A stretch of DNA of 64,000 nucleotides, from positions 1,302,001-1,366,000 of the forward strand of contig NW_020845410.1 in assembly GCF_003704095.1 (NCBI RefSeq). Direction: 5' to 3'. This DNA is from Pocillopora damicornis (Eukaryota). Under the pieces are notes generated by a model. The model made no database searches and had not been told where the DNA came from. It was given only the letters and a program-made list of their open reading frames with translations. Below are positions 45,801 to 58,491 of this stretch, piece after piece. Position 1 is the first letter of the stretch. Each line of letters begins with the position of its first letter. The translations under genes were made by a program, and so were the position numbers.

Positions 45801-47697
45801 CATTAGCCCCCAGGGGGACGTTCTAGGCAAAGTTAACCCTGGGGAAGCAGCTGTCAGGCTTGCTAAAATGGGTAAGGTTGGTATGCATGGATCATCCATC
45901 CATTCATCAGTCAGTCAGTCGCAGTCAGTTAGTCAGACAATTAGACAGTCGGCCAGTCAGTCAGTCAGGCAGTCAGTCAGTCAGGCAGTCAGTTGGTCAG
46001 ACAGTCATTTAGTGAGACAGTCAGTTAGGTAGTCTGTTTGTCAGTCATTGGGAGAGTCATGGCCAGATAATAGGAAGTGTGGCAGTCAGTAAGTCAGTCA
46101 CTCTGTCGCCGGTCATTCATCCGGTCACTTTCTTGGTCGGTCGGTCGGTCGGTCGGTCGGTCGGTCGGTCAATCAATCAGTTAGGCAAGCAACTAAAGAG
46201 TCATTTATCAACTCTGAATGCCCTAACTACCTCAACTTAATTCTTGTCTTTAAAATTTTGTCTTTAAGGCGCTGATATTATTGGCGTAAACTGTCTTTTT
46301 GATCCGGACAGCTGCTTGCAAACTGTGCAAATGATGAAAGATGCTTTGAACGCCTCAGGAATGCTTCGTCCGCTTATGGTCCAGCCTGTAGCTTATAAAA
46401 CCACGGATGCTGACAGAAGAGGAATTCTCTCGTTACCAGAGAATCCTTTCGGTAAGAAGAAATTCTAATAAGGTGTTTGAACGCTGACAATATTTACCAT
46501 GACTTGTCACGGTGATCTTGACCAGTTTTTCATTTGCTTTCACAGTGTACATGGTTTCAATGCATCCTACCCATTTGGACAATTTGTGTAATATTTGCTT
46601 TCAGAGATGTAAATCATTCTTACCCGTCGTTTTCTCCCTGGCTTGTTGCGGACGACATTGAAACTTTTACTCTCTAATGAAATTTAATGGGTTTTTTTTT
46701 GTTATTTCTGTGCAGCAATGGAAAGTCGTGTGATGACGAGATGGGACATGCAGAAGTACGCACGCGCAGCTTACGACATAGGCATTCGTTATATTGGTGG
46801 ATGCTGTGGTTTTGAGCCATACCACATCCGGGCGCTTGCAGAAGAGGTACGATTAGATGCTACGTATTGTACCACGTTGAGTTCGTTTTGGACATGCAAA
46901 ACTCATTGCAAGATAGTGTTGCCATTTTAGTACTTCAGCACAATATGACATACAAAATAACCGGATAGCGCTTTATTTGAGGTGCGTTTAATATCTTGAT
47001 ATGAGAAATAGCTAAAACATGATATCTTGAGCTGCTACATTGGGAAGTCAACGTTACAACGTTTTCTGCTGCTAATTTAGTAGCTTTTCTCTCCGTCTCG
47101 ACGTAAAAGGTATCAGATTTCCCCACAAAAGCAAACACAGTTCAATAAGGCATGAGCAAACATTACAAGAAACGTATTTTAAGTTATATATATTATAGCT
47201 GTCAAATGAACGAGGAAAGCTTCCACCAGCAAGTTCGAAGCACGGATTTTGGGGAGAAGCGTTAAAGTATTCTTCCAGTGCCTCCCATAAGTAAGTAAAG
47301 TCTTATTCCTTTATTTCCACTAAACAATTTATTTTTAAGAAAGATGTTTTTTCGTCTTGTCACGAGCGTGGGACAAGGAAAAAATTCTGAGGCCCCATGA
47401 GGAATCGAACCTCAGACCTTCGGATTTGCGCTCTGATGCTCTTGTTTGTTTGTTTGTTTTGTTTTGTTTATTTTTTTCTCGTGGAGACGAGAAAGAGAGG
47501 GCAGGCAGTTTGACGACCGGGCTGACAAACGACAGCCCCTTTAATTAAGGAGCGAACGGAGTTAATTGTTTTATTACACTGTCATTTCTTTCTCTGACAG
47601 AATTGGAAGGCAATACTGGGAAAACCTTAAACCAGCCTCGGGACGACCTGACTGCCCGGCAATGTCCGGACCTTTATCCAACAATCAGAGGGTTTGA
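42895..47697 (+). CDS. BHMT: Betaine-homocysteine S-methyltransferase family; exons 42895-42915, 44031-44169, 44661-44767, 45037-45228, 45721-45871, 46269-46451, 46716-46846, 47200-47290, 47601-47697
   Basis: [49 protein letters not shown]; Zn ligands GVNC and [15 protein letters not shown]; YWENL..ASGRP. Confidence 0.95.
45906..46180 (+). repeat. (CAGT)n/(CGGT)n degenerate microsatellite in BHMT intron 5
   Basis: Visible directly in sequence. Confidence 0.95.
47338..47441 (-). mobile_element. Single arm of the tRNA-like element in BHMT intron 8
   Basis: Reverse strand AGAGCATCAGAGCGCAAATCCGAAGGTCTGAGGTTCGATTCCTCATGGGG. Confidence 0.85.
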
Positions 47698-48475
47698 CTG
47701 AAATTTTGCTTTACACCTGCCTAGAACAAGGACTACCTGTGGGGCGCCTTGATTGATGGAGAATGTGATTGAAAATTTTAGAAATAATAGATAATTAAGA
47801 CTCAACTCTTTGGTTAGCTGTTATCTGTGGTGATATACCCAGCAGTCCCTCTCTAATTTTTAGGCAACATAGGAGACCATATTACTCTGGAATAATAAGC
47901 TTTAATTAATTTAATTTATTTACAATCCGCCTATCTTAAGAACCAATCGTTGGAAAATTATTTAAAATATTATTTAAAAATTAATAATGACCATCAACGA
48001 CGCGAAAGAAAAAAGGAATAACAAAATTGAGTGTAAATGTATTTTAATTTGACGACGAAAATAAAAATTTATGAATGAGAAAATTGCTAAATGGATAAAG
48101 GAGAAGAGGAGTTTTGATGGATAGTGGGGGTTTGGCAGGACCTCTATTTTTCAAATCAAACGGTGCCGTTCTCGTCGTTTTTTTTTTTCTTCGTTTTTCG
48201 TTGTTATCATTGTAGCTTTGGTTGCTGTTCTTTTCCTCTTTTAATTAAACTCTACTCTAACGCGTACGATTGCATATAATTTAACAATTAATTTTTTATA
48301 TATAAATAACTGGAAGGTATCTTAGGTAATTATTAGCAATCTGACACTTCTGACACAACAAGTTTTCTTTTAAATAGTTGTTAGATTGATCATATATTTT
48401 GCTCTATTTAATCCAGCTATTAAATTATCATTAACTCATAACTATGTTATTCCACCAAGCGTCTTTGATGACTTC

Positions 48476-51400
48476 TCAAACAACGCCTTTTCCTTTGCCA
48501 TGAAATGAAGATGATCGTATTTTTCCGTTCAACTTTCTTCGAAATTTCCTAAATAGTGCGTAACCGATCAATAGCAACAATTCCAGGACTTCCGCAAACG
48601 ATAGAACAGACATTCCAATCCACAAACCAAGGGACCCTCCGAGATCAGACACAAAATTGGCCAGCTGTGGATAAAACAGGACACTGGTCAGCAAACTGGC
48701 TTGAAAAGGTGTTGATGACTACGTGTTCAGTATTAGTGCAAAATCCTCAGAGAAATGTAAGCATACCTCATAAGATCTTTCCTCTGTAATGGTTTCATAA
48801 TTTAGTTCCTCGTAGAATATGTTTAGCTTCAAAACATTGGAGCGAAGATTACTGGAAATAAATCATTTGTGGAGTCCATGTGTTAATCTTATATGTAGTC
48901 CATGATACTAATTATGCTCTAGCACGTGCATCACTTAGTTTCATTTGGTGTAGCGGTGTTGTTTTTATCTTTTATGAGACTCTCTCAGTACAAATGTCCG
49001 CAGACATGCAAGGAAAAATTGGATATGGATGATGGAAAGAACGAAAAATCCCATTTTTCCTCGACTGTTTTCCTTTCCTCTTGAATACGACGCTCTATGG
49101 TTACAAGCAGTGGAAGATCGATATTATATATATATTTTTTGCCCCAATACTCTACATTGTGAACACAATTGAGCACAGGCCAATAGAGATGCTCTGTTTA
49201 AATTTGGTTGAAAGTAATTTTGGGAAATAAATAAAAAAAGAGGGTAATTACCTTGAATTTGAATTAATATCGAGGTTATGAGATTTGTCCTGCGAGTTGA
49301 GCTTGTCAATATAGAAAGGCTGAAACCGAAGAAATTAGGACAAAACAAAGTTTAGATATCCAAAAAGACACATTTTTTAAGGAGTGTGTCAGGCGCTTCC
49401 AATTGTGGCTGCTATAAGCTCAAATTATCAAACTGGAAGGTATACGTCACATGAACATTATCTCCACTTAGTCATAGAATTTTAAGAACTGTTTACAAAC
49501 CTTGTAACCACTGGATGGCCAGGCTGAGAATGATGATGTGAGCTGAAATATACTCTCCCTACGAAAAACCATGCAAGAATACGCCTATGATTACTTTCAC
49601 AATCGCTTACCCAGTGACGAACTGACAGACAGACTGAACACGCGATGGACTGACTGACTGACTGACTGACTGAATGACCAACTGGCGACTGAGCAACTGG
49701 CGAACAGACAGACAGACAGTGAGTGAGAGTATGACTCACCGACCAACTGACTGACATACGGAGAGACTGTGGATTGATTAACTTACTGTGTGACTGAATA
49801 ACTGACCCTCCGACTGACTGACTTAGTGTCTGATTGTCTGACTAACTGACTTAGTGTCTGATTGTCTGACTAACTGACTGATTGACTGCCTTAATTAATG
49901 ACTGACTAACACTCTGGCTGACGAACTGACCGACTGACTGACTCTGACTGAGAGAATGGTTGACTGACAAATTGACTGACGCTTTGTCTAGGAATCTCTC
50001 ATCTCTTACCTGCAGGGTGGTGGACATGACAATGTACAGTTCAATTCATTTCGTTTAAATGCCTTCTGTACTTTGCTGAGACAGTCAACTACGACAAAAC
50101 AATTGAACAAATCGGCCATTAACCTCGTTATAAAAAAAACTACGTCATCATTCTTATCAATGGTTTCTTCTTATTCCTCTCTCTGGTAACCTATGTATAC
50201 CTCCTACATCCCAGAACTCACTTGTTGTAAATTTTGGATGCACAGAGATATCACTGTCTTAAATTAAGAACTTATAGTTGGCTCCAATCTTCGCCACTGA
50301 TTCCAGTTTTGGAATTTTGAGATCCTTTTGTAACTATAACGTTATATTTCCATGAAAATGTTTGTTTACATTGTTAGGTTGTTAAACCCTCGTCAAACAT
50401 CTTTCCCCAAAGGCTAGATGATTACCTTCAAAGAGGATTCCCCTCTCCGCCTGCCACAAATTTGCCTTTACGATAACGTGATTGATCTTGCCTGACACAT
50501 GACTCTAGCCGAAGAATCTTAGAGAAATCATTAAGTTTGGCATTCTATCTTACTGCCTCAAAGTGAATGTCTCAAAGGTTTAGTTCATCGATACTTACCA
50601 ACTGTTTTATTTAGGATGTCGCAAACTGGGGTTTTATCATTAGGAAGAGGAAATCTGTACTCCATACATTTGCATTCTTTTCTCTGATTATAAGCGAGAC
50701 ATGATTCCTTGCATGCCTGTGTGGGACGAATGATCCGAAATTAGTGAATAGATGGTCATGAATCAAACTTTGCCAAGCTGTAATAAGTCTGAGATCAGGA
50801 CATGCCAGCCAGAAATGTATGTTGTCGTTTTATGTTGTTTTTGCTAAACTGATTGCTGTTGATCTCCTCAAGTACTTAAATTTTTTTTTCAACCAAAGTT
50901 CTCTTTTAGCGAGGTGAGAGGTTAAAAAACTTGATGGTATGAGTAATGATAATGATCATGATTACAATGAGATTGATGAAGATGATAATGGTAATGACGA
51001 CGATGATGACGTCAAGCTAGCAGCCATCATTTTGTTACCCTGGCTGCTTTGTATACAAAAAGTGACGGGAATTCAAAATGTAATCGAATTGACAGGGGTA
51101 CGATACACGATGGTTATTTTCTATATTTTCAGTAATGACCTGAATGCGCCCTGAGGAATACGATTTGTGAGAGCGCAGTCTTCGTCACACATAGGTACTA
51201 ATTTAAGGGTTTATTGTACTTAGTAAAAATTAACTGTTCCACCTTATCTATGTTCTATTTTTTTTTTCTCACCGTGGCTGAATAGTTTACTTGAAAGTTA
51301 TGTTTGTAGAGGTTTGCGTCGCTTAGACTCGAGCTGTTTTGGCATCGTTTTTTGGTGAATGGATCCTTTCTGTGGATTTCTACCTATAATGAAAAATTTT

Positions 51401-54329
51401 AAAAAGTTACTCTTTATGAAATTATGACTTCAATAGCAGGTAACGACGGTCAGGTTGATAATTAATCTGATAAAAAGGAGTAAGCACATATGCCGTGTGG
51501 CCCTTACCGCCGGAGGTCTTAAAACCAACGTAATTTACCTTCCCCCCGCCTGCCCCAGCCCTCTCAATTTATCGTCCAGCCTATCTTAAAGACGGCAGAT
51601 ACCAATTTATACTCTTTGGTGGAAGCACAGATAAAGTAAAGTGCCTTTTTCTAGAAACATAACACAATGACCAAGCCAAACTCCTACGACCTGGGCTGTT
51701 GGAACTGAACTCAAGCGCGCGCACCATCCGCCAGGCAGCCGCGGGCGAAAACTCGTTGAACGAGTTTTGCCTGAAAACGAGCCCTCCTTGCAAATTCTCT
51801 GAGATAATCGATATAACAATACTTGATTACAATTTAGATGAGAGTTTCCCACCTTCCGTATTCCTATTGACGTGGCAAATCCTGGAGCTGCACTGAGTCC
51901 TTTCTCGCGAGGAAACGACATTTCTCCTTGATTCGATATGTCTATCCTAACCCCAGCTTCCTCTGTGAAGGCTCCAATGTATTCGTCTTGCTCAATATTT
52001 AGCTCGAGGTTTAGTCCTGAAAGAAGAAGCTGTTCCATTTAAGCCATTTAAACGTAGTTTCTTAAGTCAACTTCTTTTCAATTGATGTTTTTTAGGAAAT
52101 GAAATTGTAAACTTCTCCAGTACAGATTATAACGGATTATTTTCATGCCATAGACAGTTATAACTATATGTGCTTAATTGGATATAATGACTAATTCAAT
52201 ATTTTTAAAATTCGCGTGATCGTTATCTTGAGTCTGCTGGCATTTGACTTCCTGGTCAGTGCAATTAGGGCCGAAAAATGTCGTTCGTTCTTAGTCACAT
52301 TGCTTAGCGAAATTACAGCCATGATGCATCTGGGATCGTGTCTGGGCTCTGTTTCTAGAGATTTCCCTCGGACCAGTCTTTAGAAATGCTCCCTAGTGCA
52401 TTTTACTCACGCGTAAGTAAAGGAATAAGAGCTCAGAGTTTTTCTGCCTTAAAATAATCAATATAAATTCAGTTAAACAGCTATCTTACCATGCGATGGG
52501 CCGGGCTTGTTAGACTTCAACACTGTAGCACTGTTTCCTGATTTATCTTTACCAGCGTTAAAAACATAACAGTTTCCGTACGTATAATGCCAATAGCTTG
52601 TCCAATAGGAACTCGCGAAATTTCTAGGAAACAAATACTCCGATAACAATGCAGATCAAGAAAATACGCTTTTTATTTGCTGCAGTGTGAATTGTTTAAT
52701 TTGTCAATTTGAGTTAATTTGTTAATTTGAGGTAATCTGTTAATTTGAGATACAATACAGCTAATATAACGCTCCAAAGGTCATTTTTTCATTTTCAGGT
52801 GATGCATTCGAACTGAATTTTAAGAATTCAGCCTTAGCCAGACAAGAGAGCAAAGAGAAACTAGTCATAGTAGCTTTTTGGGCAGATTTGTCCCACGAAC
52901 CCATACGGACAAAACGTGACTTTGAACAATTTGAATAAGAAAAGTTCTTCTTATTCTTCATTTGCAAATTTAATGGGAGACTTTAAACTTACCCACACGA
53001 GATTCCGCGGTATCTGCACGACAAGAAAAACTCTTTAAACTGGTGACCAAGGGGTTTCAGTGCTTCAACACCAGCCTCAGCCATTATCATTATCATTTGC
53101 TCCCTATTCTTAAAATCCTCATCCAGATCATCCGGGTTCTCAATTCCTTCCTCTTCCTCTTCGGAGAAGTCAAGGTTATTTGGACTATTGGACGAGGAGG
53201 GTTGGTTTACTGCTCTCTTCCCTCGTGTCGGTGGGTTAGAGCCTATAATGTTGATAATAATACTGATGATAATGATAATGAGATCGCAAAATACATCAAA
53301 CAAGAAGGGTCTAGAAATCAATATGAAAATACTAAACTTAAAATCGAAGCTTAAAAATTCGAGACGGAGCCCCGTTTACCATGAAAGTGGAACAGCGCAA
53401 AATGAGCGATGTCTGTTTATACCTCAAATTGCCATCCTGCGAACAATGCCCTCTATAATCTACACTTGTTGTAGGTGATTAGTTCAGGGCGCTGTAAAGT
53501 GATGTTATTATTAGTTTAGGGCACATATTTCTTACTGGTAGTCTCTGCTTGAATATCTTTCTTCAGCTCCTCAGGGAAATTTTCAATGTTACCAATTTTC
53601 ACAGCATTGAAGTTGCAAATTGTAATCACAGGAAAGTCAAGACTCTGGAAACATAACAAGAAGATGTTAAAAAATAGTGAACTTGGTGAAAAAGCGGTGC
53701 TAAAACGTTCAACACGTCGATTAAGTGAGCACCTCTCCAATATTAATCAACTAAAAATTGCAAAACAGAATGAAAAACTTTAAGTGCTAATCCTAAATAT
53801 TTTGTGAGTTTTTCATAACAGTTATGGTCTCCATTTTTACTCCTGACTTACTGTGAGTGAGAGTTTTGCCCCAAGAATACAACTCAATGATATGATAAGT
53901 GCATGAAGTTGGGCTTGCTCTCAATGATCACAAAGTCACTGCTTGCGTCTTCCGTGGAATTAAAAATTTAGAGCCCGGGTAAGAAAGAGATATACACACC
54001 GTTTCATGTTTTATCGAGACATGAGTGCTCAGCGGTCTTGCCTTATACGTATTAAACAGAGTGTTTATTTGCCATGAAGACATCGCCAATGCTGCAAGAA
54101 ATAACAACGTCCAGAATATTTTTCTTATTGTTTGTTTTGAGGCGATGATGCGCGGTGGACCGTGGCCAGACGTGTATTCACAATAGTCCAGAATCAAATG
54201 TCGTATAGAATACGTTTTGTCCTCATTATCTGTTATATCTTGGCTGACGTCTTCACCAGCTGCTTTCATTCCTCCTCTGACGGACATCTCAAAATCGTTT
54301 TGCCGTTGAAAAGGGTTTGTATTTTCCAT
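48476..54329 (-). CDS. DEG/ENaC channel subunit A; exons 54329-54000, 53644-53536, 53242-52993, 52623-52490, 52016-51853, 51383-51273, 50716-50599, 50088-50010, 49558-49501, 49319-49252, 48851-48767, 48664-48476
   Basis: TSGHG, FPVITICNFN, YGNCYVFN, GPSHGLNLEL, Cys-rich thumb ending CPPPC, FYEELNYE, TM2 SDLGGSLGLWIGMS; GT-AG introns in frame. Confidence 0.96.
49612..49981 (-). repeat. (GACT)n degenerate microsatellite in DEG/ENaC-A intron 8
   Basis: Visible directly in sequence. Confidence 0.95.
51597..51735 (-). mobile_element. Degenerate tRNA/CORE-like SINE
   Basis: Reverse strand ..CATTGTGTTATGTTTCTAG..GGCACTTTACT..TCCACC..AGTATAAATTGGTA resembles a CORE-type SINE centre. Confidence 0.5.
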
Positions 54330-57300
54330 GCCAAGCACTATTTCGGCGTCACTGGTTTATCCTCTGAGCATGGATCAAAGCAAGACCAACGAGCTCTGGA
54401 ATATTATGAAAATTCATAAAGGTAAATTGATGCCCAAAAAATTAGATGTCTGCACCACCTGCGCGAGAGGCGCATCTACATATCCCGGCAGGTCTTTAAA
54501 AAGTTATTCCCAGTCTCAGTCGTCTTTCAGCGTTTAGATCTCGTAATGTAGGATGAAGAATCTTATGTTAATGTTTTAAACGCTAACAATAAGCAGATGA
54601 CTCTTATTTGAAAGTGCAGGCTCAATACATTTAGAGTCAATTTGCATATGATGAAAAGAAATGAAGCTTTTATGCAATTAATTTCTATCTCGTATTTAGC
54701 AGTGATGATTATTCAAGTAACCAGGTCTTTATCACCTACAGTTGTCATTGTTTTATCAAAACAGTTTTCATCAATACGCTCTCAAAATTATTTTAATTGG
54801 AGGATATTATCGTCTTCATGGCTATGTTTTCACCTGTGAATCATAGATTTAAAATTTCTTTTTATCGAATGCAGTAACTCTCTGATCCTACAAATTCCCC
54901 TTGAAATGATAGCAACTTTTTCTTAATACTATATGAAATCGAATTTTGAAACCGAATAAGCTACAAATTCGTTAATACAGAGAATTGTAGCAAGGAGCTA
55001 GGTATACGTGTTAGATGTGGTCGACCTGCAATAAAAGAAGATTTCCTTTTAGTTTTTCTATTCATTTCGAAAAATAATTTCTTACTTGTTACAAAAAAGA
55101 AGTCATGTAATTATATCATGCTGTTGAAGAGATTTCTACTTTTGTGTTACATGTGTAGATTTAGCAAAAACTATTATAAAATAGCACAATAATGTATTTC
55201 TCGTTCCCCGGCCAGACATTTCATTTCATATCTTTACAAATGCAAATGACTACAAACTAATACGAGTTTTTAATCTTAAACCTATAACAAAGTGATAAAA
55301 TTTGGAGCCTGTAAAGGAGCTTGAAAGCGTACCTCTCCTTTTTCGTTGTTGTTGCTTCAGGGAAGAGTTCTTGTGAGCAAATTCTGCCGATGTACATTTA
55401 TTGTAATAAGGCGTCAGTTGCAAAGGTACAGGCTGTTTCTTTTTATACATGTAGAGTTTATATTTGCAAAGAGTCCCCAAACAGCTATAGGCCAATTATG
55501 TGTACTAGAGGTTTCCACGATTGTAGCACTAAAATATAATGATATTAATCGGTCGAACCTGAAACCACAAGTATGTTTGAATGGTGCAACTATGAAATCC
55601 AGTCGAATCGCAAACGGTAAGCGTGTTACACCGTAACCAGAGTGAATACTTGTTCTCTTGATAGTTTTTGAAGGCAAAATCCTCTCAGCTTAGAAATTCT
55701 TGGAAGTACTCTTTTTGTAGGAGACATTGCTTCGACCCTTGGTGAGCATTTAGCCGGACACACCAAAAAACAGAACGTTTTGTACCAGCGACAAACGATG
55801 ATAAAAAGCCAGACATTGCTTACTCTTCCTCTAATCCTTAAACCAGACCAAGAAAACCACTGGACAATTGACTGACATTGAACCAAAAAAATATATACTA
55901 TTTATGATTAATGAAGGTAATCAAGTACACTAAGTGCAAATTACTGACAGCAGTTAGTAAAAATAAAAAGTCTAGTTTGGGCAGTAACGTCATTCTAAAG
56001 TGTCTGACGCTCACCAAACCAGCATAGCGTCAATATTTTTATACTTTTTGTTGGTGATCAGTAAGCTAGTCTCCAATGAACCCGAATTGGATTGTCTTAC
56101 AATCTAAACTGAACAAAGTTCTCAGCATGTACACCAACTCACTGCTTTTCAGCGCTCTAATAATAATTAAGTTCTCCGTGATTAATTGCTGACACAAAGA
56201 ATGAGTTGAGATCCTCTTTTTTTTCTTCAATATCAACCCAACTTTTCCTTTTTGCGCTATATTAATGATAAGGAAGAGTATTTTAAAGTATTAATCTGCT
56301 AAGAATAGCCTTCAATCTTTGACTAATACATTCAGATGCAGCTCAATACGTTATGGCCCATCCAGATCCTATGGAGATGGTGCAAAGCAAAGACAGTATC
56401 AGATCAATAGCTTTACGACCCATGCTTATCTGATACGATCAAACGGAAAAAAAATCGCGTATTAAAGAAGTGAAACACATAACAATTCAACAGTGGTACA
56501 TGTGGGTAATACATCTTCATTATCTTGATTCTCGGCCGAATAGCGTGCTTTCTGCGAATTAGAATTTTAAGTGTTGATATACAAGCTTGTACAAAATTAT
56601 CACATGGTGGGAAATGATATTGAAAAGGAAATTAAGGAGGAGGGCTTGACTAAATCAAACAAAGGTTACAGCATACTTATGATAATGTAGTCCATTATAT
56701 ACGAACATTTCACTTCCATTAAGGAAGAGCTGAAGCCGAGAGGATTGACCCTTATCTCCCATCACTAGTTGATTAACACTGCAAAATTAAATGTTTTCCA
56801 TTGATGCTAAAAGGAATTGTCAGATTCCTGGGAAATTTGCTTTGGGACAGTCAGTTTTCATGCTAACTCAACTGCAAAAGCCTTCTAAAGTTACCAACGA
56901 GCTTGATAATTCAGGTGACTATTGATAGTTTTGTACTCTCGCACGAGATAGGGAGAAAACTTTGAACATGTGAGGGAGATAAGATTTACAATTACTTGAA
57001 AACTGAACCCAACTCCGTAAACCACACATTTCATTTCAGTTTAAAGGTTTTTCTGCACTTTAAAAAAATTTGAATCTCAAAACCAATAAATTTTTTTCAC
57101 ATTAATTACTGAGAGTACTACTTTAAATCTGTCAAGCGAGTTTTCTAGCTCGTAAGCATATTGGCCCCTTCGTATTTGTCCGTCGCCTGTGTTGACATTA
57201 GCCTCGAAAAGAAATTAATCGGGAAAAATTAATTTTTTAAAATAATTGTTCATAATTTTCTAAAGACTGTGTCAAAATTACAGGTGTCATTTGGTGATGG

Positions 57301-58306
57301 TGAAAATACAATGATTTCCTTTTTTTCGGTTATACATTTACAGACACCCCATATTTCCCTTGGATATTCAGGACAAGATGTTACAAAGTGTAATTGGTCA
57401 TCTAAAGTCAGGTACTCTCGCGTCAGTCACGGGAAAATTCTTGGCTTGGTGAGAATTTTTTCAAATTCTTGTTATTGTTGCTTTTAAAGCACAAGTTGAG
57501 TCGACATTTTTGTCAAGGAGTTTGCTCTTCACTCAAATGTAAAATGAGATCTGTGAAATCTCAGGCTGTTAATTCATTCAAGCATGAACAACTGACAGCA
57601 TCTTATAGCGCTTACAGTTTGCTCCTCAGTAGTATAGAAGATATTGAAATAAAATGATGTGTTCCGCAGGTGAACAAAGAACATACAGCCAATCGGAAAT
57701 ACAAAACCAACAACAGATTATTTAGCGATGGGATTAATCGGCAGTTTATTGTTCGCTGCTCGCTTTGAACTGACTAATTGAAAATGTTCGAGAGCAGCGA
57801 CCCACTCCACAACAACATTCGATTTAACAAACAAGTGTATGTTCAGATGGCGGTTAAAAGACTCTGAATGGCACGGTTGTTGGTAAAATAACACAATAAA
57901 AAAATGCAATAAATTCAAGCTTGGTTACCTGAGAACCTTTTCCTCTCGGCGTGCGAGTGGAGTAAATTTTCTGATTGATTACAGCTACGGTGTATATCGG
58001 CTCCTTGGTGATGTACGTCGTGACGAAGAACTCTTTTTCAACGAGCACAGGTGAACGATTGGTGTTCGGTGGGCTTCTCCTACAGCGGTCCGTCGTTCGG
58101 TCATCGTGTAGTGATCTAATCTTTGGGCCAATGCGCGCAATCAAGGGCAAGAAAACACTCTGACGTCAAAACATTCCGCACCATTTCTATGCTAAATATG
58201 TCGTTGGATATATTACTAACCCTTGTTATTGACCTTGTTTTGCATAACAAAAAACCGCACAATTAAAATTGCTATGTTTACTACAACGCCTAATAAATGT
58301 TATGGA

Positions 58307-58491
58307 GTAAATAGTTTTTGTCTGAGCAGCATAATTAGCGCTTTTATTTGAACAGCCTGACAAGTGAATTCGCAGTGGAAAAATAGGTTGTGCACAATAG
58401 TAAATAGTTTTTGTCTGAACTGCATAATTAGCTATTTTATTTGCACAGCCTGAAAAGTGAATTCGCAGTGGAAATACGGGTTGTGTACAAT
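58307..58491. repeat. About 93-bp tandem duplication
   Basis: AGTAAATAGTTTTTGTCTGA..GTGAATTCGCAGTGGAAA..GGTTGTG(C/T)ACAAT x2. Confidence 0.9.

Noticed and set aside
45872-46032. S/Q/V-rich ORF extension here and ORF 49482-49757
   Set aside because: Translations of intronic (CAGT)n microsatellites
50939-51154. Asp/Asn-rich ORF
   Set aside because: (GAT/AAT)n low-complexity tract in a DEG/ENaC intron on the opposite strand
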